Source of the DNA: Candidatus Chazhemtobacterium aquaticus
GTDB taxonomy: Bacteria; Patescibacteriota; Microgenomatia; UBA1400; Chazhemtobacteraceae
Direction: 5' to 3'
Assembly (NCBI RefSeq): GCF_009936135.1
Contig: NZ_CP047901.1
Coordinates: 563,354 to 627,353 of the forward strand
DNA: 64,000 nucleotides
Shown here: positions 37,457 to 48,001 of the stretch, in pieces
Layout of the letters: each line of letters opens with the position of its first letter
How positions within the stretch are numbered: the first letter of the stretch is position 1
Made by a program: the position numbers and the translations under genes
Notes under the pieces: model-generated
What the model saw: only the letters and a program-made list of their open reading frames with translations
Told to the model about the DNA's origin: nothing
Databases searched by the model: none

Positions 37457-39541
37457 CTATTCAATTTTTTCAATCAAATCACGCAGGGAAGCTGCCCGCT
37501 CAAACTCCCAGTTCTTAGCCGCCTCGTTCATTAATCTCCTTAGTTTCTTACTCAGTTTAAGCTTGTCACTTGGTGTCATTGCCTCAACATCTACATCATC
37601 AGGACTACTCCAGCCATAATCATCCAGTACATCCATCTTTTTTTTCTTGTTATCTACCTTAATCCTCTTTAAAAGCTTATCTCTCATTGGCTTAATGATT
37701 CCTTTAGGTACGATTTCATGTTTCAAGTTATACCTTTCCTGAATTTTTCTTCTTCTGGTCACCTCATCCATAGCTCGTCTCATTGAATCGGTAATCTTGT
37801 CAGCATAAAGAATCGCCTTACCCTCAACATGTCTAGCTGCTCTACCCATTGTCTGGATAAGTGAGGTTTCTGAGCGTAAAAATCCCTCCTTATCAGCATC
37901 CAAAATCGCCACCAATGACACTTCCGGAAGATCCAGACCCTCTCTAAGTAAGTTGATTCCCACCACAACATCCACCTCACCACTACGCAAATCATCCAAT
38001 ACATCAATCCTATCTAATGTCTCCACATCTGCATGAAGATAATGAACCTTAATTGGACTTTTTAGTTTGTATCCGATTTTTTCCTCTACCCGTTCACTGT
38101 CTTTTATATAATCAGCCAACTCCTCAGCCATTTTCTTCGTCAATGTGGTTGCTAGCACCCGCTCACACTTTTCTTTTCGTTTGACTATCTCTCTTATCAA
38201 ATCACTCACTTGGCCCTCAATTGGTCTCACCTCGATCACCGGTTCAAGCAAACCGGTTGGCCTAATCAGTTGCTCGACGACCTTGCCCCCTGCCAAATTA
38301 ATCTCCCACTCAGCCGGAGTTGCACTTACATAAATAGCCTGTTTAATCTTTCTGGCAAACTCCTCATACTTAAGAGGCCTATTATCTCTAGCTGATGGCA
38401 ATCTAAAACCATACTCTATTAATGTTTCTTTTCTAGCCTCATCTCCTCGATACATACCTTTAATCTGTGGCAGAGTAATGTGACTCTCATCAATTACGGT
38501 CAAAAATTTTTTCTTACCAAAAATCTCAGCATTATGCTGCATGTACTCAATCAAAGTGAAAGGTGCCTCACCAGGCTGTCGGCCATCGAAATACCGAGAA
38601 TAATTTTCAATACCATTCACATACCCCATAGTCATTAACATCTCCAGATCGTAGTTTACTTTCTGTTCCAGTCTATGAGCCTCTAGTATCTTGCCTTGAT
38701 TCTTAAGCTCTTTACTTCGCTTGGCCAAATCTTTCTTTATCTCCTCCACCGCTTTATCCTGACTGTACACATCTGCCAAGAAATGTTTAGCCGGAGATAT
38801 CACTGCCCGTTTCTCTCTTCCTTCACTCTCACCTGTAAGCAGTAGGGGAGTCAGATCAACTGAATCAACCCAGATTAAATCCTTTATCTCCTTCTCACCA
38901 AACACAATTCTTAACACCTCATCTTTATCAGCTGGCCACACCTCAACATACTCACCCCTTACCCTAAAATTTCCCCTAAGCAATTGACCTCTAGTCCGCT
39001 CATACTGCATGTCAACTAACCGTTTCATTACCTCTTCACGTCCAATCAGCTCACCACTAATCAGCTCCAACATATTCAGAGCATAATCCTTTGGCGAACC
39101 CAAATTATATATACATGACACCGAAGCCACCACAATAACATCCGGTCTTGTCAGCAAGTTGGTGGTTGCCGCCAGTCTCAATTTATCTATCTCATCATTA
39201 ACACTCGTCTCCTTTTCAATATAGGTATCAGACTGGGGGATATACGCCTCTGGCTGATAGTAGTCATAATACGACACAAAGTATGACACAGCATTTTCTG
39301 GAAAAAAATCTCTAAATTCCTGGTACAGTTGAGCCGCTAATGTTTTATTGTGGGAAATGATCAAGGTAGGTAGTTTCACTTCCTCAATCACCTTGGCCAG
39401 ACTAAATGTCTTGCCCGAACCCGTCACTCCTAGCAACACCTGACCGCTCTCATTCTGTCTGATTCCTTCCACCAATTTTTTTATAGCTTCTGGTTGGTCT
39501 CCTCCTGGTTCAAATGGTGATTTCAATTTAAAATCCATCAA
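37457..39541 (-). CDS. uvrB: Excinuclease ABC subunit B
   Basis: GDQP, GVTGSGKT, YYDYYQPEAY, DESH, C-terminal UVR domain. Confidence 0.98.
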   Translation of the reverse strand: MMDFKLKSPFEPGGDQPEAIKKLVEGIRQNESGQVLLGVTGSGKTFSLAKVIEEVKLPTLIISHNKTLAAQLYQEFRDFFPENAVSYFVSYYDYYQPEAYIPQSDTYIEKETSVNDEIDKLRLAATTNLLTRPDVIVVASVSCIYNLGSPKDYALNMLELISGELIGREEVMKRLVDMQYERTRGQLLRGNFRVRGEYVEVWPADKDEVLRIVFGEKEIKDLIWVDSVDLTPLLLTGESEGREKRAVISPAKHFLADVYSQDKAVEEIKKDLAKRSKELKNQGKILEAHRLEQKVNYDLEMLMTMGYVNGIENYSRYFDGRQPGEAPFTLIEYMQHNAEIFGKKKFLTVIDESHITLPQIKGMYRGDEARKETLIEYGFRLPSARDNRPLKYEEFARKIKQAIYVSATPAEWEINLAGGKVVEQLIRPTGLLEPVIEVRPIEGQVSDLIREIVKRKEKCERVLATTLTKKMAEELADYIKDSERVEEKIGYKLKSPIKVHYLHADVETLDRIDVLDDLRSGEVDVVVGINLLREGLDLPEVSLVAILDADKEGFLRSETSLIQTMGRAARHVEGKAILYADKITDSMRRAMDEVTRRRKIQERYNLKHEIVPKGIIKPMRDKLLKRIKVDNKKKKMDVLDDYGWSSPDDVDVEAMTPSDKLKLSKKLRRLMNEAAKNWEFERAASLRDLIEKIE

Positions 39542-39547
39542 TCTAAC

Positions 39548-39608
39548 ATTTTACCAGAAAAATACCCGAAATCTTCTACTTGACTTCGGGTTTTATTTGT
39601 CATAAATT
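39548..39608. promoter_or_regulatory. Divergent uvrB/lexA promoters with candidate LexA sites
   Basis: Minus strand: TTCGGGTATTTTTCTGGTAAAAT; plus strand: TTGACT-N17-TAAATT overlapping TTCGGGTTTTATTTG. Confidence 0.65.
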
Positions 39609-39614
39609 CTAATC

Positions 39615-40229
39615 ATGGCAGTCACCCTTTACAAGCGACAACGACAAATCGTTGATTTTATCTCCCAATACATTCAAGTTCATGGTTACTCACCCACTCT
39701 TCAAGAAATTGCCGATGCCTTAGGTGTCTCCTCACTAGCTACCGTACACGAACATCTTCAAGCCCTAATCAAGAAAAAAATCATCCGCAAATATGAAGGC
39801 GCTGTCCGAGGTATCGAACTGGTTGACAAAAAGATTGGCCAGGCCTTAAGTACCGTCGAACTTCCCATTCTAGGCTACATAGTCGCCGGTAAACCAATCG
39901 AACCCTATGATGAACCAGACGCTACCTTAAAAGTCTCTCCAGAGATGATCACTGGCAAACGCAAAGCTTTTGTTCTACGTGTTAATGGTGAGAGCATGCG
40001 TGATGATGGTATCTTTGATGGCGATTTTGTAGTCTGCGAAGAAACCAATCAGGCTGATAACGGTGATATAGTGGTAGCTCTTTTGGAAAACGGCTTAGCC
40101 ACTCTTAAAAGATTCTTTAGAGAAAAAACCCGAATTCGACTAGAACCAGCTAATGCTTCAATGAGCCCCATCTACGCCACCAGAGTTCGTATCCAAGGCA
40201 AAGTAGTTGGTGTTATCAGGCGCTTTTAG
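39615..40229 (+). CDS. lexA: SOS repressor LexA
   Basis: wHTH (GYSPTLQEIA), VAG cleavage site, GESM Ser, TLKR Lys. Confidence 0.96.
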   Translation: MAVTLYKRQRQIVDFISQYIQVHGYSPTLQEIADALGVSSLATVHEHLQALIKKKIIRKYEGAVRGIELVDKKIGQALSTVELPILGYIVAGKPIEPYDEPDATLKVSPEMITGKRKAFVLRVNGESMRDDGIFDGDFVVCEETNQADNGDIVVALLENGLATLKRFFREKTRIRLEPANASMSPIYATRVRIQGKVVGVIRRF

Positions 40230-40234
40230 TTGAT

Positions 40235-40504
40235 ATGGTAGAAAGACCAAACACTCCTCCAGAAGCCTTCCCTGGAGCTTTCTTTGAGTACGATGAAGGC
40301 TCACCCACTGGCACCATGATTCTCCACTACCATGGACATATCTCTGCACAAGACCTAGAACTCTTTGACCTTCTTCCCGATCAGGCAGTCATCACTCATA
40401 CCACCGGTATCGAAGATGAACCCATCACTCGTGTCGAGTTCATAGCCCCCAACCCTGACTATATGGACGAAAACAACTCTCCCTTACCTGAAACTCTCGA
40501 ATAG
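40235..40504 (+). CDS. Small acidic hypothetical protein
   Basis: 89-aa ORF 5 nt after lexA. Confidence 0.55.
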   Translation: MVERPNTPPEAFPGAFFEYDEGSPTGTMILHYHGHISAQDLELFDLLPDQAVITHTTGIEDEPITRVEFIAPNPDYMDENNSPLPETLE

Positions 40505-41326
40505 TTTGTTCATCTCTCTTTTTCTCTTAAGCTCAAGTAAGTTCTTTCTCTCCAGTACTCCATAGCTGTATCCCAAAACCGGTTTACTTTCTCTGAAAAA
40601 CTCGCCGATCATTATCTGCTGGTTAGTCCAGACTCCCTTTTTTAACGCCTCCAGTCTTGATCTTTCCGGTTGCTCTAGCTTTTTGATTCTTTCTCTAAAC
40701 CAGGCATAAGTATTTATTTTGTTAAAAGTCACACACGGTTGTAGCACCTCCACCAAGCTAAAACCTTCGTGATTAATTGCGTCACTAATTAGAGTTGTTA
40801 AGTGCTCAATATCACCAGCAAATCCCCGCATTACCTGACTTGCCCCCAGTGTTAAAGCCAACTGCACTGGATTTAATGGTTCATCAGGTGTACCCATCGG
40901 GTACGTCTTACTTTTACTCCCTTTCAAAGAAATAGGGGATGACTGTCCGGTCGTTAAACCATATATTTGATTGTTATGCAAAATCACTGTTATATCAGGG
41001 TTTGATCGTGATGCTGCCACCAAATGAGCCACCCCTTCACCCAGTAAATCTCCATCTCCGCCCACCACAATTACCTTCAGTTTCTTATTTGCCAACTTTA
41101 TCCCCTCAGCCACCGGAATCGCTCTGCCATGCAGTCCATGCACACCATACACCTTAACAAAACTAGCCATATTCCCCGAACAACCAATGCCATAAACTAT
41201 GACCACATTCTCAATCGGGGTATCAAGTTTACTTAGTGCTTTTTTCAAAGCTGCCCAGATTCCATAATCACCACACCCTGGACACCAAGTCGGGAAGACA
41301 CTGGTATTTAGTTCTTCGGATTTCAT
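40484..41326 (-). CDS. 2-oxoacid:ferredoxin oxidoreductase subunit beta
   Basis: WCPGCGD, GIGCS, HGLHGR, GGDGD, NNQIYGLTTGQ. Confidence 0.95.
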   Translation of the reverse strand: MKSEELNTSVFPTWCPGCGDYGIWAALKKALSKLDTPIENVVIVYGIGCSGNMASFVKVYGVHGLHGRAIPVAEGIKLANKKLKVIVVGGDGDLLGEGVAHLVAASRSNPDITVILHNNQIYGLTTGQSSPISLKGSKSKTYPMGTPDEPLNPVQLALTLGASQVMRGFAGDIEHLTTLISDAINHEGFSLVEVLQPCVTFNKINTYAWFRERIKKLEQPERSRLEALKKGVWTNQQIMIGEFFRESKPVLGYSYGVLERKNLLELKRKREMNKLFESFR

Positions 41327-43011
41327 ATGATTCTTTTCACCAAATTAACAACCTCATCTACATAAAATGGCCTACCATCATCCTTGCGAATATTACTTAT
41401 CCCCCCCAGTCCCAGATACTCACGCACCAAACCCTCCAACTGTCCAGTCATGTTATTTTCCAAGAACACCAACTTTCTCCCCTCCAACACCTCTCTTGCT
41501 TTGCTAGGCATCGGCCAAACGTGGTTAAAATGGATATAGTTAACGTCATTAAACTCTTTAATCACCTCCAAAGCTACTCCTTTAACACTTCCAAATCCAA
41601 CCAAACTTAATTTAGTTTCCTTTGATCCGTAGATAACCGGCAAAGCCATATCACTCTCAATAGACTTCAACTTAAGCAATCTTCTCCTCACCATTACCTC
41701 CCGCATCTCAGCCGACTCATCAACTAAACCCTCTGGCCCGTGTTCATCTGAGTTAGCCACATAGTACCCATTAACCAACCCTGGTAGAGTCCGCTCCGAC
41801 ACACCATTAGCACTCGGTTGGTAGCGATGGAACATCTCCTCCTCAGGCTTCTTTGGTTTGTCAGTTACATTACTTACCTCAACTACCGGTTTTTCCTCCA
41901 GCAACTCAACCGAGTAATGCGACTCGGCCAGTAACTTATCAGTCAGCAAGATCACCACCGTTTGATATTTTTGAGCCAACTCAAATGCCTTGTAACTCAA
42001 CTCATATGCTTCAACTGGATCTCCAGGGGCCAGTACTATCTTAGCAAACTCACCATGTCCAGCGTGAATTGCAAATCGCAAATCAGTCTGACTTGACCAG
42101 GTTGGTAAACCAGTTGCCGGTCCGGGTCTCATTGCCAACATCACCACCAAAGGCAACTCCAACATTCCAGCCAGTGAGATACCTTCTTGCATCAAAGCAA
42201 ACCCACCACCACTTGTTCCCGTCATTGCCTTAACACCCGCAAAACTAGCTCCAATCGCCATATTAACTGCCGCAATCTCATCCTCCGTTTGTCTGACAAC
42301 CAAGTCATATTTATCCTGGTACTTAGCCAAAAAGTGCATCACTGGCGTTGCTGGTGTCATTGGATATGCACAATACAGTTGCATTCCCGCTGCCATTGCC
42401 CCCATTGCCACCGCCTCACTACCGCTCATCACCATTCGCGGCTTATCTGCCCTTTTCCTTAACTCCACCTGTCTCTCCTCACCAGCCAACTCCCAACCAA
42501 CCCTAAGCGCTTTCTTGTTAATTTCCAACAATTCTTTCTTCTTGCCAAACTCTTCCTCGATCAACTCCTCAAATATACTTATCTCTACACCTATCAAGGC
42601 TGCACTCACCCCCAGGGCAATAACATTTTGCACAATTGGGTTACCCAACTCCTTCGCTTTTTCAAGCAAAGGTACTTGGATAAGTCTGCCCCTATTACCC
42701 TCAATCTTTACACTCTCATCAACCACAATCTTTGTTCGCTCATCAATCTCATCCTCATGTAAAACTACTCCCTCCTCGTTTAAGGCCACTAAAATGTCTA
42801 GATTCCATCTGGGATTACTTACCTGTTTTTCACTCGCCAGTACTTGATACGTGTTATGTCCACCTCTGATCAACGATGGATACTCGGTGTAACCGTTAAT
42901 ATACAAACCTGAACGTGACAAAGCTTTAGCCATAACCTCACCAGTCGACTTTATTCCCAGTCCTGCAGCTCCAGCAATTTTCCAGTTGATTGTCTTATCT
43001 CCCCAGGGCAT
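41323..43011 (-). CDS. 2-oxoacid:ferredoxin oxidoreductase subunit alpha (gamma-alpha fusion)
   Basis: YPSLIRGGH, AYPMTPAT, EDEIAA, TSGGGF, RPGPATGLPT; start moved to ATG 43011. Confidence 0.95.
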   Translation of the reverse strand: MPWGDKTINWKIAGAAGLGIKSTGEVMAKALSRSGLYINGYTEYPSLIRGGHNTYQVLASEKQVSNPRWNLDILVALNEEGVVLHEDEIDERTKIVVDESVKIEGNRGRLIQVPLLEKAKELGNPIVQNVIALGVSAALIGVEISIFEELIEEEFGKKKELLEINKKALRVGWELAGEERQVELRKRADKPRMVMSGSEAVAMGAMAAGMQLYCAYPMTPATPVMHFLAKYQDKYDLVVRQTEDEIAAVNMAIGASFAGVKAMTGTSGGGFALMQEGISLAGMLELPLVVMLAMRPGPATGLPTWSSQTDLRFAIHAGHGEFAKIVLAPGDPVEAYELSYKAFELAQKYQTVVILLTDKLLAESHYSVELLEEKPVVEVSNVTDKPKKPEEEMFHRYQPSANGVSERTLPGLVNGYYVANSDEHGPEGLVDESAEMREVMVRRRLLKLKSIESDMALPVIYGSKETKLSLVGFGSVKGVALEVIKEFNDVNYIHFNHVWPMPSKAREVLEGRKLVFLENNMTGQLEGLVREYLGLGGISNIRKDDGRPFYVDEVVNLVKRII

Positions 43012-43086
43012 TACTAATGAGTATAGCAATGCACCCACCCTCCGTCTATCACACATAAATTTAAAAACTAAAACCACTGCGGATAC

Positions 43087-43115
43087 AAAAAACCGGTACT
43101 AAGGTTCAGTACCGG
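43087..43115 (-). terminator. Intrinsic terminator
   Basis: CCGGTACT-7-AGTACCGG followed by T6 on the minus strand, downstream of 43148..43360. Confidence 0.75.
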
Positions 43116-43147
43116 CCTGTAGTAGGCATTTCCAGGAAGTCACTGCG

Positions 43148-43360
43148 TCAATTCACCCTGATCTTAATCAAGGTGACCAGTTTCCCGTCTTTATTGACCA
43201 CATCACTTCCCAGCAATGCCAACTGCTTCCCTGACCCACTGGCCAGAGCCTCTACTTGTGCTCCAGGATCCTCTACCTTGGTCTTAACAACCAAGATAAA
43301 TTCTGACCCAGAACGCATTCTTCGCACTTTAGTGGCCGCAGCCTGTATTGTTCCAGGCAT
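43148..43360 (-). CDS. Small hypothetical protein
   Basis: 70 aa, AGGAGG SD, own TGGTAGAAT promoter and terminator. Confidence 0.7.
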   Translation of the reverse strand: MPGTIQAAATKVRRMRSGSEFILVVKTKVEDPGAQVEALASGSGKQLALLGSDVVNKDGKLVTLIKIRVN

Positions 43361-43424
43361 GTTGACCTCCTTTTTAAACTAAAATGGCGACCACCCATTC
43401 TACCATGACTGATACAATATGCTC

Positions 43425-44111
43425 ATGAAACTAACCATATTAGGCCTACCCTTAGGCAATCATCTTGATATCTCTCTTCGGGCAATTGAAGTCATCAAGA
43501 ACGCCAAACTAGTCATCTGCGAAGATACCAGAGTCTTTAATAGGCTTTACTCGAAACTTCAACACGAGGGCTTCCTTGACGCACCTTTCACCGGTGAGTA
43601 TTTAGTTATTAATGACTTTAACGAAAAAACTACAGTCAACCACGCCCTAATCCGTCTTGAACAACTAGGAGAGGGGATTCTTGTCTCAGACGCCGGCTTA
43701 CCCACCATCTCTGACCCCGGATTCGTCTTGATTAATGCTGTTATAGACAAACAAGGCGAGCTTGATATTATCCCCGGACCTACTGCCGCCATGACAGCTC
43801 TAGCTATCTCAGGTTTTTCTGCTGACAAGGTTATGTTTTTAGGTTTTTTACCAAAAAAGACCTCCAAAAAGCACAAAACTCTTTCACTTCTCACCCCGCT
43901 AATCGGTCAGGGGATCACCCTAATTCTCTATCAATCACCTTACCGCCTGTCCCAAACTATCAAACAGCTGCTTGAGTATTTTCCACCCAGCACACCAGCC
44001 GTAGTTGTACGCGAGCTTACCAAGCCCCACCAAGAAATTATCCGCGACTCACTCGCCAACCTATCCAACCTCAAACCAAAAGGGGAGATCACCCTTTTAC
44101 TTAGGTTATAG
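43425..44111 (+). CDS. rsmI: 16S rRNA (cytidine1402-2'-O)-methyltransferase
   Basis: PLGNHLDISLRA, CEDTR, VSDAGLPTISDPG, RELTK, KGEI. Confidence 0.92.
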   Translation: MKLTILGLPLGNHLDISLRAIEVIKNAKLVICEDTRVFNRLYSKLQHEGFLDAPFTGEYLVINDFNEKTTVNHALIRLEQLGEGILVSDAGLPTISDPGFVLINAVIDKQGELDIIPGPTAAMTALAISGFSADKVMFLGFLPKKTSKKHKTLSLLTPLIGQGITLILYQSPYRLSQTIKQLLEYFPPSTPAVVVRELTKPHQEIIRDSLANLSNLKPKGEITLLLRL

Positions 44112-44625
44112 CCTTAGCCTCTTTAAGTCTCTCAATCGCTGTCTCTGTCATCCGCCTTTTTCCTCGCTGATATATCTGACTCGCAAGTTCTAAGGCCTCC
44201 TTATATCCCACCCACCTCACCACCCCATAAACACACTTGCTCATATCAAACTCAGTCACCAGACACTCGCTTTTAGCCAGAAAATAGTGTTTACCTTTCA
44301 TAGATAGCTCCTCACCCGTCTCTGTCATAATACTTTTTCCCTCAGTTTTATTTGGTGGAAACTCGACTCGGTCTACTCCAACTATTTCTAAGCTAAGATT
44401 TACTCCACTGGTTACCTCCTCACCCAGCTCCTCCTCGACAGTTCTAACCAATGCTGTCATCAAACTCTCACCACCCATAATTCCCCCCTGAGGTATCTGC
44501 CACAAACCATGCTCGACACTGTACGCCATCAGTAACTTTTCTTGATTAATCAAACATACAACCACCCCAGGCCTATAACCCTCTCGTCTTATTTTATCTA
44601 GCTCAGCTAAACTTGGTTCCCTCAT
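44101..44625 (-). CDS. NUDIX hydrolase (RppH-like)
   Basis: YRPGV, WQIPQGG..GES...ALVRTVEEELG. Confidence 0.85.
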   Translation of the reverse strand: MREPSLAELDKIRREGYRPGVVVCLINQEKLLMAYSVEHGLWQIPQGGIMGGESLMTALVRTVEEELGEEVTSGVNLSLEIVGVDRVEFPPNKTEGKSIMTETGEELSMKGKHYFLAKSECLVTEFDMSKCVYGVVRWVGYKEALELASQIYQRGKRRMTETAIERLKEAKAIT

Positions 44626-44627
44626 TT

Positions 44628-46334
44628 TTACTCATCGGCCAAAGTGCTGGTGTCACCTACCTCCAGTCCCAACTCCTTAGCTCGAAGCATTCTTCTCACA
44701 ATTTTGCCCGATCTTGTTTTTGGTAGCTTATCAATAAACTCAATCTCTCTGGGGTAAGCATGGCCAGCCAAGTGCTTTTTAACATACACCGACAGCTCTT
44801 CTTTTAATTTCTCACTTGGAGTCACTCCAGGCTTTAACACAACAAACGCCTTGATTATCTGACCTCTGACTTCGTCCGGCTTGCCAATTACTCCTGCTTC
44901 AATTACTGCCTCATGCTCAATTAATGCCGACTCAACCTCAAAAGGACCAACCCGCTCTCCTGATGTCTTAATCACATCATCGTCCCTACCCACAAACCAA
45001 AAGTATCCATCCTCATCCATATATGCTCTATCACCGCTGATGAACCACTTGCCCTCAAAATAACTATCAAACTTCTTAGGTCGCCTCCATATAGTCTTCA
45101 TCATCGAGGGCCATCCTCGCTTCAATGCCAAACTACCCTCAGTCATTGGCCCCAACTCTTTTCCCTTATCATCCACAATAGCTGCCACATTTCCCGGTAC
45201 TGGTTTACCCATAGATCCAACCTTTATATCCATTGCTGGGAAGTTGGCAATCGAGATGGCTCCCGTTTCTGTTTGAAACCAGGTGTCATGAAACAAAATC
45301 TTTAATACCCTCCTACCCCATCTAATTGGATCGGGATTGAGTGGCTCGCCTACACTGCAGGCATGTCTCACTTTAGACAAGTCATATTTATCAGGCAACT
45401 CGTCACCAGCCGCTTGCAACAATCTAATTGCTGTTGGCGCTGTATACCACACACTCACCCCCCAATCCTGCAAAATCTTATACCAACTCTCTGCATCAAA
45501 TCTGCCGTTATACACCACTGCCGAGGCACCCAAACTCCATGAGCCCAAAATCCCATAAGCTACCCCAGTTACCCAGCCTGGATCAGCCGTACACCAGTAC
45601 ACATCATCAGGCTGCAGATCCAGCACGTACTTAGCCGTCATCTCCTCTTGTAACAAAGCCTCGTGCTTGTGCACCACCCCCTTAGGCTTGCCAGTTGATC
45701 CCGAGGTGTAAAGCATAAAGGCCGGATCATCTAGCTCCATCTCTCGTACCTCACCCTCGTCATCATACTGCTCCAATACCTTTTCTAAATCGTCACTCAA
45801 AATAATTTTTTCAAGGTTAGGTAAGTCTTTCTTGACCTTTTGAACTCGAGGTAGTAACTCTTTGTTAGTTACCAGAACCTTAGCATTACTACTTCCAATC
45901 CGATCTACCAAAGCCTGTTCCTGGAAAGCACTAAACAAAGTTCCAGCCACCGCCCCTCGTTTCAAAGTGCCTAAAAAGCCATAGTACATCTCCGGCACTC
46001 TTGGTAAAAAGAAAAAGACTCGATCACCACGATCAACCCCCAAGTCCTTAAGATAACTGGCAAACTGGCCGCTTAATCGCTCCATCTCAGCGAAGGTAAA
46101 TTTTCTCTCTGTCCAATCCTCGCCGATCCAATAAAGAGCTACCTTATTTTTCAGCTCATCCCGAGCATGTCTGCTTATCGCATTGTGAACAGCATTAAAC
46201 TTGCCTCCCTTAAAAAACTCCAGATCTTTTTTAACCTCATCCCAACTAAAATTCTTATACCCCTTCTCATAGTTCTCCAAGTTTGGAGTCTTGGCTAACT
46301 TTTTGTTCCCTACCTTTATTACATCTACTTTCAT
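44628..46334 (-). CDS. acsA: Acetate--CoA ligase (AMP-forming acetyl-CoA synthetase)
   Basis: YTSGSTGKPKG, WCTADPGWVTG, SVGEPLN, QTETG, LPKTRSGKIVRR. Confidence 0.92.
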   Translation of the reverse strand: MKVDVIKVGNKKLAKTPNLENYEKGYKNFSWDEVKKDLEFFKGGKFNAVHNAISRHARDELKNKVALYWIGEDWTERKFTFAEMERLSGQFASYLKDLGVDRGDRVFFFLPRVPEMYYGFLGTLKRGAVAGTLFSAFQEQALVDRIGSSNAKVLVTNKELLPRVQKVKKDLPNLEKIILSDDLEKVLEQYDDEGEVREMELDDPAFMLYTSGSTGKPKGVVHKHEALLQEEMTAKYVLDLQPDDVYWCTADPGWVTGVAYGILGSWSLGASAVVYNGRFDAESWYKILQDWGVSVWYTAPTAIRLLQAAGDELPDKYDLSKVRHACSVGEPLNPDPIRWGRRVLKILFHDTWFQTETGAISIANFPAMDIKVGSMGKPVPGNVAAIVDDKGKELGPMTEGSLALKRGWPSMMKTIWRRPKKFDSYFEGKWFISGDRAYMDEDGYFWFVGRDDDVIKTSGERVGPFEVESALIEHEAVIEAGVIGKPDEVRGQIIKAFVVLKPGVTPSEKLKEELSVYVKKHLAGHAYPREIEFIDKLPKTRSGKIVRRMLRAKELGLEVGDTSTLADE

Positions 46335-46375
46335 ATCTCCTCACTATATCAACTCTTAAACTTACTCGCAAAGCC

Positions 46376-48001
46376 TTAAAACAAAGGTTTTCCGTTCATC
46401 TCTTCCGGCTGCTCCAATCCCATAATCTTTAGTATTGTTGGCGCTATATCAGCCAAAACCCCTTGCCGCAAACTTAAACCCTCTGGTCGCTTATCCCAGA
46501 CAACAATCAGCGGCACTGGGTTAGTCGAGTGCTCTGTATCAACCTGCTTTCCATCCGGACTCAGCAATTCCTCCACATTGCCATGATCAGCTGTAACAAT
46601 CAACACCCCCTCCTTTTCTTTGACCAAATTCGCTAGCTTACCCAATCCCTCATCTGCCGCCTCAACTGCCTTTACTGCCGCCTTAATATCACCAGTATGA
46701 GCTACCATATCAGGACAGGCAAAATTAATCACCACCAAGCCGTAATCTTGAGACTCCAACTTAACTTGAGTTTCATAAACTATCTCAGGCGTTGACATCT
46801 CAGGCTCAAGGTCATAGGTCTCCACATCAGGAGAGGGGACTATCAATCTATCCTCACCCTCAAACACTTTGTTTATTCCTCCGTTAAAGTAATATGTCAC
46901 AAATCTTTCTTTCTCTGTCTCAGCTACCCTTAACTGTTTTATTCCAGCTTTTGCCACCACCTCGCCCAAAGTGTTTTCAAGCACTTGAGGGGGGAATGCC
47001 ACCTCAGTTGCCAAGCCTGGTTCATATTCAGTCATTGTCGTCATCACAATATTCTTTAGTACAATTTTGCGCTTAAACGGAGTATTCTCTGGCGTAGCCA
47101 CTACCTCCTTTTTCTTTCCGCTTACATCATAAGCATCAAAGCCTTTAATCACCATGGCTGTCTTTTCAAAATCGTCCATAACAAATGCTTTAGTCAGTTG
47201 CCTGGGTCGATCAATTCTAAAGTTATAAAAGATCACTCCATCACCGTCCTGGATTCTAGACTCCTTGGTATTTTCACCAATCTGGATTGGTTTAATAAAC
47301 TCATCAGTGATTTCTTGCTGATAACTTTGCTCCAAAGCAGAAAGTGGGTCTTTAGCCTTATTATCAATCATCTCGGTTAAACCCTCATAAGCCAGTTTAG
47401 TTCTTTCCCAGCGTAAATCACGATCCATCGCATAGTATCTGCCCATCAATGTCGCGATTTTTCCAATCTTTAATTGCTCTAACTCATCCATTAACTTTTT
47501 TATGTGCATCTTGCCCTCAGTTGGTGGGGAGTCACGTCCATCGGTAATGATATGTAAAAACAGATTCTCTATCTGGTGCTTTTTAGCCAGTTGCAGTAAT
47601 GCATACAAGTGGTCGTTATACGCATGGACCCCTCCGCTACCAATCAATCCCATCAGATGTAAACGTGAGTTGTTGTTCTTAGCCTGATTGATTGCCTTAA
47701 GCAAAGCTTCGTTCTCAAAAAAAGATCCGTCAACAATTGATAGATTAATTCTTGGTAAAGACTCCATCACTATCCGACCCGAACCAATGTTAAGATGTCC
47801 CACCTCTGAGTTACCATCCTCACCCTTAGGCAAGCCCACCGCCTCACCTGACGCCTCAAGCTGAGTGTTGGGGTACTCATTTAACAACATGTCATAATTA
47901 GGTTTACTGGCCAGCTCAATTGCATTCCCCTTACCCTCAGGAGCAATACCCCAACCATCAAGAATCAACAATACTACTGGTTTTGTCTTAAGCTCTGTCA
48001 T
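46376..48001 (-). CDS. gpmI: 2,3-BPG-independent phosphoglycerate mutase
   Basis: ILDGWG, GNSEVGH, DGRD, PDMVAHTG, TADHGN; start ATG 48001. Confidence 0.96.
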   Translation of the reverse strand: MTELKTKPVVLLILDGWGIAPEGKGNAIELASKPNYDMLLNEYPNTQLEASGEAVGLPKGEDGNSEVGHLNIGSGRIVMESLPRINLSIVDGSFFENEALLKAINQAKNNNSRLHLMGLIGSGGVHAYNDHLYALLQLAKKHQIENLFLHIITDGRDSPPTEGKMHIKKLMDELEQLKIGKIATLMGRYYAMDRDLRWERTKLAYEGLTEMIDNKAKDPLSALEQSYQQEITDEFIKPIQIGENTKESRIQDGDGVIFYNFRIDRPRQLTKAFVMDDFEKTAMVIKGFDAYDVSGKKKEVVATPENTPFKRKIVLKNIVMTTMTEYEPGLATEVAFPPQVLENTLGEVVAKAGIKQLRVAETEKERFVTYYFNGGINKVFEGEDRLIVPSPDVETYDLEPEMSTPEIVYETQVKLESQDYGLVVINFACPDMVAHTGDIKAAVKAVEAADEGLGKLANLVKEKEGVLIVTADHGNVEELLSPDGKQVDTEHSTNPVPLIVVWDKRPEGLSLRQGVLADIAPTILKIMGLEQPEEMNGKPLF

